58,693 bases of DNA. Origin: an uncultured bacterium (GTDB lineage Bacteria; Desulfobacterota_D; UBA1144; Nemesobacterales; UBA2774). The DNA is taken from positions 1 to 58,693 of the forward strand of contig CAVPJU010000007.1 of assembly GCA_963705505.1 (NCBI GenBank). Direction: 5' to 3'. Positions within the stretch are counted from its first letter, which is position 1. Each line of letters opens with the position of its first letter. Under the pieces are notes generated by a model. That model was given only the letters and a program-made list of their open reading frames with translations, was not told the DNA's origin and did not search any database. Shown here one piece after another: positions 1 through 10,246 of this stretch. The translations under genes were made by a program, and so were the position numbers.

Positions 1-243
1 TGTGTCAAGACTCAGAAATGAAACAATATTTTGCATCGAAAACCTAATATTTTGTATAAGTTCAAAAATCGTTAAAACAAGTGACAAGATTATTTCCGCT
101 GAAATTTGCACGGCATACCTCCCGGAAAGACTAATTCCGCCGCGCCCCCGCATGCGGGGGCTTAGGTAGTCTATCACGCTCTCCGCTTGAGTTATACCCG
201 CGCCTACATTTCTCTCGATATTGTTTTGACACGAAGCTTAAAA

Positions 244-272
244 TTGACATGGGAAAATCGATTCGATAGTAT
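244..272 (+). promoter_or_regulatory. sigma70-type promoter of oxygenase copy 1
   Basis: TTGACA(244-249)-17 bp-TAGTAT(267-272); same hexamers and spacing upstream of the paralog at 57113-57141. Confidence 0.7.
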
Positions 273-315
273 TTGCCCGGATAATCGTTTATCAGTTTTT
301 TCCCGGGAACTCATA

Positions 316-918
316 ATGGAAACAGATTCTCATTCCTCGTTTGGATTATTTGCAAAAAAGAACTTCCTCGACGATGAGCTGTGTGAAAGAATACGGTCGG
401 AAATGTCTTCGTCAAAGGGGAGCCCGGCACGATTCGTAAAAACAAATGAACGTCTCCTCGATGAAAATGTTCGCAGGACCGTGGAGAAAGAGGTATCAAA
501 AGATACCCGCGACCTGCTGAGCGAAAAATTATCAGGGATCAAAGGCGAGCTCGAAGCCTATTTCAATATTACCCTCTCGCACCCGCAGGACCCTACGTTC
601 CTTTACTACAGGGAGGGCGATTTCTTTCAGCGTCACTTCGATAAAGGCACGAACCCTCAAAACCCGCAGGAAGCCAAAGACCGCATGGTTTCAACGATCA
701 TATTTCTTAACGATGAAACAGACGAGCCCGGAAACGACAGTTATACCGGAGGATCGTTCATTATATACGGGATACTGAGCGGCCCGCGGTTTGAATCTCA
801 CGGATTTAAAGTCCCGGGAACGACCGGAACGTTAATAGCTTTTCGTTCCGAGCTCTTCCATGAGGTCACGCCCGTAACCAGCGGGGTGAGATATACGGTG
901 GTCGACTGGTTTGTTTGA
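316..918 (+). CDS. 2OG-Fe(II) oxygenase (prolyl-4-hydroxylase-like), copy 1, 200 aa
   Basis: HxD (RHFD), distal His (FHEV) and 2OG-binding Arg (GVRY); ATG at 316 gives the same 603-nt length as the paralog at 57184-57786 (about 165/200 identical by hand). Confidence 0.88.
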   Translation: METDSHSSFGLFAKKNFLDDELCERIRSEMSSSKGSPARFVKTNERLLDENVRRTVEKEVSKDTRDLLSEKLSGIKGELEAYFNITLSHPQDPTFLYYREGDFFQRHFDKGTNPQNPQEAKDRMVSTIIFLNDETDEPGNDSYTGGSFIIYGILSGPRFESHGFKVPGTTGTLIAFRSELFHEVTPVTSGVRYTVVDWFV

Positions 919-1105
919 AGACGTGTCCGTTTAGGCATACGGTATTCACCGGCCGTACGACGCGCGTACGATCGCGCGGAGTCCCGATCCCGGTTAAGCC
1001 TTTTTTCATATCCCCCCTCCCCTCCTCATACCTTCGTTCCGGCAATTATTTATACCTTTGTCCGATTGTGACGATGGACTCGTCAGGTTAGTCTCAATCG
1101 TCAGC

Positions 1106-1142
1106 AAAAAAAATCCCCCGAGAGGGTGGTCTCTCGGAGGAC
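1106..1142 (-). terminator. rho-independent terminator
   Basis: GTCCTCCGAGAG-ACCACC-CTCTCGGGGGAT then T-tract on the minus strand. Confidence 0.75.
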
Positions 1143-1192
1143 TTGACGCCGATACATCTGGTCTGCACCGGCATTGAGCTATAGCTCAATGC
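1106..1192 (-). ncRNA. candidate small RNA (promoter, hairpins, intrinsic terminator, no ORF)
   Basis: Minus strand: TTGACA(1223-1218)-17 bp-TACTTT; 22-bp palindrome 1171-1192; 9-bp stem 1148-1172; GC hairpin 1113-1142 followed by U8. Confidence 0.45.
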
Positions 1193-1301
1193 TAAAAGTA
1201 ATAACATATCGGAAATGTGTCAATAACTGTTTTTGACCCCGATTTAACAGGCCAGGGCGTCCGGTCTTCCCCGCCTTTCGGATACGAGAAGGGGAAAGAG
1301 T

Positions 1302-1901
1302 ATGGGGATATTCGGGATCGGAAAAACGGGCATCGGACGCCCTGGAGCTATCCTGGTTTTGATCCTTACAATTTATACGCTCGGATGCGGAGGCGGCACC
1401 GGAAGTGAAGACAATACCGTTAGCGGTACGGACACTGAAACCGTTACCGCTGACGGTATTGTGTTCAGGCACAACGGCTATTATACCGATGAGGAGCTCG
1501 CCGAAGCCGTCGGTGTCGTGGACGAATACTACGGGGCGGTGGTCGACTGCGCCCTCTCCGTACACCCGGAGCTTACGGACGCGATAATGTCCCTTCCCGC
1601 AAGCGAGCTCACGGTCAACGTCATGGACCCCGACAAGTACAACGCAACGACCGGACGGGAAGGCTTTTCGTGCAAATTTTCAGAGAAAGGGTGCGCAGGG
1701 ACATTCCACCTCGAGAGCCTGAGGATAGACATAACGCCGTCTCTCGACGCGCTTGGTCATGAGATGGGTCACTGGATGAACTTCATGCTGTTCGGAGAAA
1801 CCCATGACGACGACCCGAACGACCTGTCGGACGTTTGCGACATCCCCTCGATCTGCCACCTCTATTCGAAATCGAGAAATCTTATAGCCTGCCGTGAATG
1901 A
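1302..1901 (+). CDS. lipoprotein with HExxH zinc-metallopeptidase motif
   Basis: Hydrophobic signal ending TLGC lipobox; ALGHEMGHW motif. Confidence 0.6.
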   Translation: MGIFGIGKTGIGRPGAILVLILTIYTLGCGGGTGSEDNTVSGTDTETVTADGIVFRHNGYYTDEELAEAVGVVDEYYGAVVDCALSVHPELTDAIMSLPASELTVNVMDPDKYNATTGREGFSCKFSEKGCAGTFHLESLRIDITPSLDALGHEMGHWMNFMLFGETHDDDPNDLSDVCDIPSICHLYSKSRNLIACRE

Positions 1902-1996
1902 CATTACTGATGAATAAGCTATAGCCGGGGCGCACGTCTGCACTCTCCTGATTAGTTCCCACCTCGCAACCGCGCCCCTGCTATTTTTTCCTCAGG

Positions 1997-3435
1997 CTAT
2001 TCGACCCGACTGGCGGTCGTCCGCCGTCCCGTCCCGCCGCCGTTTCCGGCCGCCGCCGAGAGTCCTATGAGGAATGCGAAATAGAGGGCGTTAGAAGGTA
2101 TCTGGAGATTGAAATCCGTAAGACTGTGCACCAGTATCGAGAATATCCCCGTAAGCGAGCCCAGCAGTACGAAGAACCTGAAATAATTCCCCGCCGCCGA
2201 GAGCCTCGTGAGGGCTTTAAGAGATGAATAGAAGAATATGAAAAGGGCGGACATGAGGGACGCGAACCCCAGGACCCCCGTCTCGGCGAGGACCTGGAGG
2301 TAATCGTTGTGCGCGTATAAATATATGAGAGGCTTCTGGACCGAGACTTTGTAAAGGGGATACGCGTATCCGAAAGTCCCGAGCCCGGTACCGAATAGAG
2401 GGAAGTCCTTTATCATGACGGCGACGTCCTTCCAGAGCTCCGTCCTCGAGGGGAGGTTCTCCTCGACGAGGAGGTATCTTTCCAGGACCGGATAAAGCCC
2501 TATGAATAAGCCGAAGAACAGAGTCACCGCAAGGACCGTGTATATCATCCTCCCGATCCCAGCCCCGCTCCTTATAAATCTCGAGCTTATGAACGTAAAG
2601 AAGACGAGCGAAACGAGGACGCTGAAAATTCCCATTCTCGACCGCGAGAACAGTACCGCGAGAAAAACCACCCCCAGGAGAAAGAGGAAAAGGAGCTGCT
2701 TCTGAAAATTTTCGGACGAGACGAGACGTCTCACGAGCGGCCTCCTGTGAGCACCGCTCCAGTCGCCGAGCGACAGCACGCAGCCGAGCGCGAGCGGGAA
2801 GCTCATCTCGAGGAACCCCGCATAGTGGTTCCGGTTGAAGAACGTCCCCGTGGCGTCCTCCGAGCCTCCGCTCCCCAGGTACTGGTATATGCCCACTGCC
2901 GCTTCTATGAAAAGCATCGCGAAAACGGGAGCGAGCGCGAGCCTGATCCATCCGGACGTCCTGAAGCTCCCCGATACCGTTATTCCGAATACGACGTACG
3001 ACAGCAGGAGGAGCGTCTTTTTAAGCGTCGCGTCAGGATAGACGCTGATAGTATGGAAACCGCTCCCGACATCCGCGCCTACGGACGAGAGCACGCTGCC
3101 CGTCTTCTCCCAGACCTCGAGGCTCTTCCGGGAGAGGACACCCAGCAAGGAGTCCGGGAGCGGGACAATCTGGAATAGGCAGATGAGTACGAATATCGTC
3201 AGGGGCAGGTATGGCCTCACGCGGAGTCAAGGGCGCCTTCTCCCCGGACATCGATCCGACAAGCCACACGATAAAGACCGAGAAAGAGAGCGACTTCTAT
3301 GACGAGCGTAGGACCCGGCTTTACGCTCCCGAGAGGGAGCGGCGAAAATACCAGAAGCGCCAGTGTAAGGAGGTATATGAGGATTTGAGCCGCTCTCTCG
3401 AATCTGATATCCGTCTCCTTTTTCCGGTAATTCAA
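1997..3435 (-). CDS. O-antigen ligase/Wzy_C family membrane protein (frameshift near 3220-3260)
   Basis: GTFFNRNHYAG, SRSRMG, GTGLGTF and AHNDYLQ motifs; N-terminus in ORF 3217-3435, body in 1997-3220. Confidence 0.8.
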
Positions 3436-3769
3436 ACCGCCCGGGCTGGAGCGACTTAGAACCGGTCTTCCCCCGGAGGTCTGTCAGTACCAATTATAAT
3501 GCCGGCTCCGGTTTTTTAAAAATCGCCCGCAATTTGAGCCCCGCTTGTCACATGCAATCAATTAACCCGGCTCAGGGCCGGCCTTTTAAATACGCCTTTA
3601 AACATTTATCAGGCATTACGGCTACCTATCGAACGGACTTAATAATTTACATTAGTACCGCCGGTATTGACAATTACCGGGAGCTCCTCTGAATCCCTGC
3701 GGGACCACGCACGCATGGACTAATATTTATGTATTTAGCTATTTTAAAGCACGCTGATTAAAAAAACAC

Positions 3770-3798
3770 TTGACATTAAAATAAAATTTACCTAAGAT
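3770..3798 (+). promoter_or_regulatory. sigma70 promoter of the polysaccharide operon
   Basis: TTGACA-17 bp-TAAGAT immediately upstream of the riboswitch. Confidence 0.7.
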
Positions 3799-3813
3799 TA
3801 GTTTTAGACTAGA

Positions 3814-3911
3814 CCTAAGACGAAAGGGCAAAGCATTCGAAAGGGTGCGGCGCAAAGCTTGAGACCTAAAAGCCCGGAAGGGCTCACGGTGGCTCGGTTG
3901 CCGAAGTTAGG
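3814..3911 (+). promoter_or_regulatory. cyclic di-GMP-I (GEMM-I) riboswitch
   Basis: GGGCAAAGCATTCGAAAGGGTGCGGCGCAAAGC...ACCTAA-stem-...GGTTGCCGAA follows the Vc2-type pattern (GGGCAAA, GAAA tetraloop, CGCAAAG, CCUAA receptor); CCTAA/TTAGG closes P1. Confidence 0.88.
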
Positions 3912-3997
3912 AATAGAATTTTAAACCTTTCCTACCTTCCATCCTTACAAGGTTCCCCCTTTCATTCAAGTTTTAGGCTAGAAAGGGAGGTGCTTTC

Positions 3998-4742
3998 ATG
4001 AAAAGTTCAGCATGGAAAATATCGATAGATTTTTGCATTGCTGTGGCTTTACTTTTCATTAGTCTTGAAATCGCTTCGGCGGAAACCCTGCTCGGCAAGG
4101 TCACTTTGTTAGGAGCGGACGGCAGGACGGATGTCTATCCCGTAGTGTCCGGCAAAAAAATCGCATACGGTGAGAAAGCTCTTATCAGGCTCGCCGGCGC
4201 GACCTTCGTCGCCGAAGAAGGCTCGGCTCTCGAGGTGATCGATCAGGGCGAGCAGCTCGGCATCGACATAGAGAAGGGAGTCGTTCATTTCAGGATCCAG
4301 CCCCACAGGACGGTCATATCCTTCGTAACCAAGGACGGAAGCTTCGATACCCCGAGGGTAGTGACAGCGGATACCTCCGTTATAGAAGGAACGATCACCG
4401 TCAATGAAAAAGGTACTACGGTCGAGCTCGCCGACGGATCTGTCGCCGCGCTTACTACCGACGGATTAAGAACCGTAAACGCGGGCGAAAGAATTCAGCT
4501 CGCGCAGTCGCAAGTAGACGGGGAATCGACTGTAGAGACCGAGAACGTGGTCGTGGATACTCCTGCGGAAGAGCCCGAGGCCGGCAATTCTACGACGGAA
4601 CCGGGCGGCAATTCGGGTCTCGCCGGAGCGGCCAGTGATACGGCGGAATTGGAGCAGTAGCGATTACGGGCGTTATTATAGGCGTGACAGCTGGTAGCGT
4701 AGCAACGGAGGTGGCGACTCGGTAGCGAGTCCGATCGAATAA
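3998..4742 (+). CDS. secreted FecR-like beta-rich protein with C-terminal hydrophobic helix (frameshifted tail)
   Basis: Signal peptide; ORF 3998-4660; shifted frames continue GGIGAVAITGVIIGVTAGS then SNGGGDSVASPIE* (stop 4740-4742). Confidence 0.55.
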
Positions 4743-4755
4743 TTAAATAAGAAAA

Positions 4756-4786
4756 GAAGCCGGGATTTCGATCCGGGGCTTTTAAA
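4756..4786 (+). terminator. possible intrinsic terminator after the first operon gene
   Basis: AAGCCGGGAT-TTCG-ATCCGGGGCTT then T-tract. Confidence 0.5.
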
Positions 4787-4859
4787 AGTAATCAGGCAGC
4801 ATCGAGTATGGGGATATCGGGAATAGTACTGGCGCTATTTCAATCGGGAGGGACATACT

Positions 4860-5894
4860 ATGAAGATGTATGCTGCTATAATAGTTTTAGCCTTCCTTAC
4901 CGCAGCATGCGTGGGGAGGAGCACTCCGACTGCCGGCTCTTACAATCAGAGCGGCAGAAGCTATTCTAATAACAATGCCAACCAGGGAGCGTTTGAGAAC
5001 GAAGAGGTAAACGATCTCAACAGCAAGCTCCTCCATGAGACAACCGAGACAGGCGTCAGCCCGGACACCTACACCATAGGTCCTTCCGACCTTCTCAAAG
5101 TTAAAGCGATAGAATCCGAAAAATTCACTACAACCGAACGCGTGGACATGGACGGGAATATCAACCTCCCCTTCCTCGACGACGTGAATGTTTCCAACCT
5201 CACGCCCGTCCAGGCCGAGCAAAAGATAGAGGACCTCCTCAAAGAAGAAGGGTTCATCAAAGACCCGCACGTCAACGTTTTCGTAGCCGAGCACAAGAGT
5301 AAGACGGTATCCGTCCTCGGGTACGTCAACGAGCCGGGGAACTACGAGATGTTCGGCGAGATGACGCTGCTCGACGCGCTTGCGATGGCCAAGGGGCTCA
5401 ACGAGAAAGCGGGGACGATCGCTTACATAACCAGGACACAGAACGGCAAACAGGACAAGATGATGGTCGATCTCGACGACCTCCTTAAAAAGGACCAGAA
5501 ACCGGGACAGGTAAATATCGAGATGAGACCGGGCGATAAGGTTTATGTGCCCGAGGCCGCGAACGTCTTTGTGGACGGCGCCGTCAGGACCCCCGGCAGC
5601 TATCCGATCAACGAGGGAGAGACTACGCTCAGCCAGGCAATAGTCATGGCGGGCGGAGTCGCGAGCTACGCAGACGAGGGCGACGTAAGCCTAGTGCGCT
5701 ACGCGGGCAGCGGAAAGAGAGAGATCGTCAACGTGGACCTCAAGAGTATCGAAGAAGGAGCGTCTGAAGACCCCCTGCTCAACGAAAAGGACGCTATAGT
5801 CGTAGGTGCGAGCGGGTTTAAGAGCTTCTTCTACGGATTGAACATAAACGTATTCGGATTGGGCGGGGTCGGTTATAACCCTCCGGCCAGATAA
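4860..5894 (+). CDS. wza: polysaccharide export lipoprotein (Wza/SLBB)
   Basis: Lipobox TAAC; YTIGPSDLL...DGNINLPFL poly_export motif; two SLBB repeats. Confidence 0.88.
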   Translation: MKMYAAIIVLAFLTAACVGRSTPTAGSYNQSGRSYSNNNANQGAFENEEVNDLNSKLLHETTETGVSPDTYTIGPSDLLKVKAIESEKFTTTERVDMDGNINLPFLDDVNVSNLTPVQAEQKIEDLLKEEGFIKDPHVNVFVAEHKSKTVSVLGYVNEPGNYEMFGEMTLLDALAMAKGLNEKAGTIAYITRTQNGKQDKMMVDLDDLLKKDQKPGQVNIEMRPGDKVYVPEAANVFVDGAVRTPGSYPINEGETTLSQAIVMAGGVASYADEGDVSLVRYAGSGKREIVNVDLKSIEEGASEDPLLNEKDAIVVGASGFKSFFYGLNINVFGLGGVGYNPPAR

Positions 5895-5918
5895 CGGACA
5901 GGGAGCGAGAGGTGCAGA

Positions 5919-8210
5919 TTGGATAACGAGAAAGGCAGGGAAGTTACCGAATATAAAGGCGGGAGCCTGAAGGAGCGTCATGACGGGCTTCCCTCCACAG
6001 GACTGAGGGATGAGATCGAAATCCGCTCCTACGAAGAAGAGCTCAGCCTGAGCGATTTCCTCGAGATTATCCGCAAGAGGAAATGGACGATCATTACGGT
6101 GCTCGTTCTTTCCGTCGTGACCGTCCTCATAGCGTCACTCATGATGACCCCCGAGTACAAGGCGGAGATAACTCTCGAGATATCCCCTGACAACCCGAAG
6201 ATCACTACTTTCCAGGAAGTCGTGGAGCTGGATGCCCCGCAGGCGGAATTCTACGAGACCCAGTACAAGCTCATAAAGAGCAGGTCGCTTGCGGACGAGG
6301 TGGCTAAAGACCTCGACCTCGCGAAGAATCCGGAGTTCGACCCCGATATTAAAGGGGAAGGGTTCTCCCTCATCGGCTCGTTCAGAGAAGCTCTTCTCGC
6401 CGGACAAGCCCGCTGACCCGAAAAAAGCCGCGGCCGAGAGCCTGAAGCACGATAAGAAAATAACGGACGAATTCCTTAAAAGGATAGAGATCGATCCCGA
6501 CAGGAAGTCGAGGCTCGTCAAGGTGAGCTTTCTCAGCAGCGACCCCGATTTCTCGGCAACCGCAGTAAACACGCTCGGCGACAAATATATCGAGTGGCTC
6601 CTCGAAAGGAGGCTCGACGCGACAAAATCAGCCAGGAAGTTCCTCGAGAAACAGCTCTCCCAGGTAAAGGGGAACCTCGAAAGGGCCGAGGAAGAGCTCA
6701 ATAAATTCTCAAAGGCGGCGGACATAATATCCCTCGATTCGAATTTGAACCTCACCTACAAGCAGCTGGCGGAGCTGAACGAAGCCCTCTCGCAGTCAGA
6801 GAACGAGAGGCTCGCGAAAGAGGCCTATTACCAGGAGTTAAAGAAGGGAAATTACGAGTATCTGCCTCAGGTAGTCAACGACGAGTCGATCCAGGACCTC
6901 AACGAGGAGTACGTAAAGGTCAAGGCGAACTACGACAACATGAACGTCATTTACGGTCCCAACTACCCCGACTTAAAGCAGCTCGGCGCCAAGCTCGCGA
7001 GCATCAAGAGTGACATGGACAAACGGGTTAACAGCATAGCCGAGGGCATTAACAGGGACTACGAGGCTTCTTTAAGAAAAGAAGACATCATGAAGAAAAG
7101 GACGGAGGAGCAAAGACAAAGGGCATCCGTGCTCAACGACAAGGCCATCCAGTACAAGATACTGGACAGGGAAGTCGAGACGAACAAGTCCATATACCAG
7201 AACCTTCTCCAGAGGGTGAAGGAGACCGAAGTCAATTCAGGCATCAAAGCGACCAACATCCAGATCGTGGACTACGCCACCGCCCCGCTCATACCCTACC
7301 GCCGAATATACTCCTCAACCTCCTTATAGGCGTATTCACGGGCCTCGCTGCGGGAGTGTTCCTCGCCTTCGTCATGGAGCATTTCGACAAGACCATCAAG
7401 GACGAGGAGGATCTCAAGAAAAGGTTCTCGATCCCGTTCCTGGGCGGCGTGCCCCTTGTTTCAAGTCTGGAGCTCGACAACATAGAGAAGATAGCCCACA
7501 CGAACCCCATGTCGGTAGTCTCGGAGTCATTCAGGGTCATAAGGACTTCCGTCCTATTCGCGACCCCTGATAACAGGCCGAAGTCGATGCTCGTTACGAG
7601 CAGCCAGCCGCTGGAGGGGAAAACGACATGCACGTCGAACCTCGCGATCTCTTTTACACAGTCCGGGTACAGGGTCGTGCTTATAGACGCCGATATGAGA
7701 CGGCCGCGGCTGAGCAAGATCTACAAGAACGGCCAGAACAGCAACGGGACCGGGCTCAGCACATATTTGATAGGCAAATACTCGCTTGAAGATACGCTCA
7801 AAGAAACCGAAATAGATAACCTACACATTATGATGTCGGGCCCCATACCGCCCAACCCCGCGGAGCTCCTGGGCTCGGAGAGGATGAAGGAGCTCATACG
7901 CACTTTACAGGACCGGTACGATATCGTCCTCCTCGACGGCCCGCCGGTACTGGGCTTTGCCGACTCCCAGCTCCTTGCAAGGGCGGTCGACGGTGTCCTT
8001 ATCGTCACGAGCACCGGCATCACTCAGAGAAAAACTCTCCAGCTCAGCATCGAGGAGCTGCGCAAGGTGCAGGGAAGAATAATGGGAGCCATAGTCAACA
8101 GGCTCGAATCGAGGTCGAGCAGGTACAGATACAACCACTACTACTACGGCGAGAAAGATGGAAAAACACTCAAGATACAAAAGCCGGCAGCTGATGCTGA
8201 TAACGTTTAG
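5919..8210 (+). CDS. wzc: polysaccharide co-polymerase/BY-kinase Wzc, split by two frameshifts
   Basis: Three overlapping ORFs (5919-6416, 6289-7329, 7356-8210) give Wzz N-terminus, coiled coil, Walker A SSQPLEGKT, DADMRRP and Tyr cluster YRYNHYYY. Confidence 0.88.
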
Positions 8211-9393
8211 CCTTCTGGCAATAGTCCTTGCAGTCAGGCTAGGGATGTCGTCCGTGCTGTCGCTGGAGGAGGATACCGCTTCCCTCGAGCGGAGCGTCAG
8301 GCTCGACGGTGGTAACGCAGAGGCGAGCTACAGGCTCGCAAGGCTCTATCAGCTTAACATGACCGGGGACGAAAAAACCGCTGAAGACCTTTATGCGAAA
8401 TCCATAAGCCGGAGCCCGCTCCTTGCCCCTTCATGGCTCGGGCTCACAGAGCTTTTCATAGAATCGGGAGAAGGCGCAAAGGCAAAAACAACGCTCGCGA
8501 GGGCAGACGATATCATTCCCTCCTCGGTCGGGCTCCTCTGGGAGTCCTCTATGCTCTCGTTCTCGCTCGGTGAGACAAGGCAGGCGTTCGGAAAGCTGAG
8601 GAAGGTCGCAGACGCCGACCCTGCCCGGAGGCAGAGGGTGTTCGATATATGCATGGGACCTCGGAAACGCTCCAGGTTCGATCCTCGATAACGTCGTCTC
8701 GGACGAGGTGCTCCCCGACTACCTCCGTTACCTCATCGGCAAAGACATGCTGGCGGAAACATATCCCGTCTGGGAGCGTATGGCAGGGAGCGGAAGCGCT
8801 TCCGGAGCGCCCGCGCTCGGATATGTCGATTACCTGATAAGCAAAGGCGACGTCGTCAAGGCAAAAACCATCTGGGACCTCTACATCCCGATGCCGGCGC
8901 ACGCGCCACGGTTTGGAACAGCGGCTTTGAGGAGGATACCGAGGGGCGGGGATTCGACTGGAGGATAGTAAAGACCGAAGGCGTCGAAGATAGGTTACGA
9001 CTATAAAAACAAGACGGAAGGTCAAAGGTCCTTGAGGATTGAGTTTCGGGCGACAAGAACGTCGATTTCTACCACGTATACCAGATTGTCCCCGTCGTAG
9101 CCGGCTCGCACTACCTGCTGACGTCGGATATTTCGACAGACGGTATAACGACGAGGAACGGCGTAGCGTGGGAAGTTTACTGTCACCGTCCTGGACACAT
9201 CGTCCGAAGTCTATACGGGCACCGTCGATTGGACCACTGCGCGAGGTTGCTTTCGACATCCCTCCCGGATGCAATTACGTCGGCATCAGGGCTGAGGAGG
9301 CACAAAAGCGACAAACTCGACAACCTTATCTCGGGCGAGGTGTGGATAGACAACGTGAGCCTCATAAACCTAGGACCGGCGACGGACGTATGA
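8158..9393 (+). CDS. TPR-like protein with C-terminal carbohydrate-binding (CBM4/9-like) domain, multiply frameshifted
   Basis: TM plus helical repeats in 8158-8691; shifted frames read VWNSGFE...GFDWR...YQIVPV...GEVWIDNVSL, stop 9391-9393. Confidence 0.6.
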
Positions 9394-9458
9394 AAACGAA
9401 AATCAACGCATCGGCTTCCGATGCGTTTAGAGATGAATTTATTTTGGGGAGGACGGAA

Positions 9459-9975
9459 ATAGAGTAACGGTATTTCGGATGCGGATACGCAGAGCTGGTT
9501 CGCCGTGTATACGAAGTCGAGGCACGAAAAAAAGGCGAACTGGGCTCTTCTCGAAAAGAGCGTGGAGACGTTCCTCCCGCTCCGGGAAGTACTCGTCCGC
9601 TGGAAGGACAGGAACAAAAGAGTGCTCGTCCCTCTGTTCCCCGGATACCTCTTCGTCCGTATCGACCCGAAAGAGAGACTCAACGTCCTCAATACCAGAG
9701 GCGTCGTATGCATGCTCGGCAATAACGGCTCCCCCGTCCCCGTGCCTGCGTGGGAGATCGAGTCCGCAAGAAAGCTGTTGAGGTCGGGACTCAGGTTTAG
9801 CCCCTTCCCATACGAGATGGAGGGGAAGGAAGTTTCGATAGTAAGGGGTCCCCTCGAGGGAGTAAGAGGCAAGGTTCTCTACGCCAGAGGGGGCTGTAAT
9901 TTGATTCTGTCTGTAAATCTGATCCGGCGTTCGGTATCTGTCGAAGTTGACATGAACGACGTGGAATTCGTCTGA
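9459..9975 (+). CDS. UpxY/RfaH-type NusG-family transcription antiterminator
   Basis: SWFAVYTKSRHEKK...PLFPGYLFV NGN domain plus KOW (GPLEGVRG); the start is probably the ATAG near 9459 after GGGAGG (one extra base), ORF track starts at 9505. Confidence 0.88.
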
Positions 9976-10246
9976 CCTTTGGGGGGTCGGAGAGAAACCG
10001 GATCCGAGGGTATTTTTTTTGGTCTGTAATGTGACTGAGGAAGCGAAGCTTTATCGCACACGACCGAACGGGCGGGCTCACGTTGAGGTATCATCCCCGC
10101 CCCCTGTTTTGAAAACCTGACCCGTTAACATTGATGATAAGAAGCCTTTTAATGCGGACGCGGAAGCTGATGACTCATCCGTCCGCAGCAGTACAAATCT
10201 CATCGCCAATCCACAAATAAATTATCAAAGAAAGGAGGGAGCACGT

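Noticed and set aside
187..315. 43-aa N-terminal extension of oxygenase copy 1
   Set aside because: It overlaps the conserved promoter, and the paralog starts at the position equivalent to 316.
4690..4728. ops-like GGTAGCG motifs for the RfaH paralog
   Set aside because: They lack the full GGCGGTAG consensus and are explained by Gly-Ser/Val-Ala codons of the frameshifted gene tail.
6289..7356. Programmed frameshifting or phase variation in wzc
   Set aside because: No clear slippery or simple-repeat tract at the breaks, and indels are window-wide.
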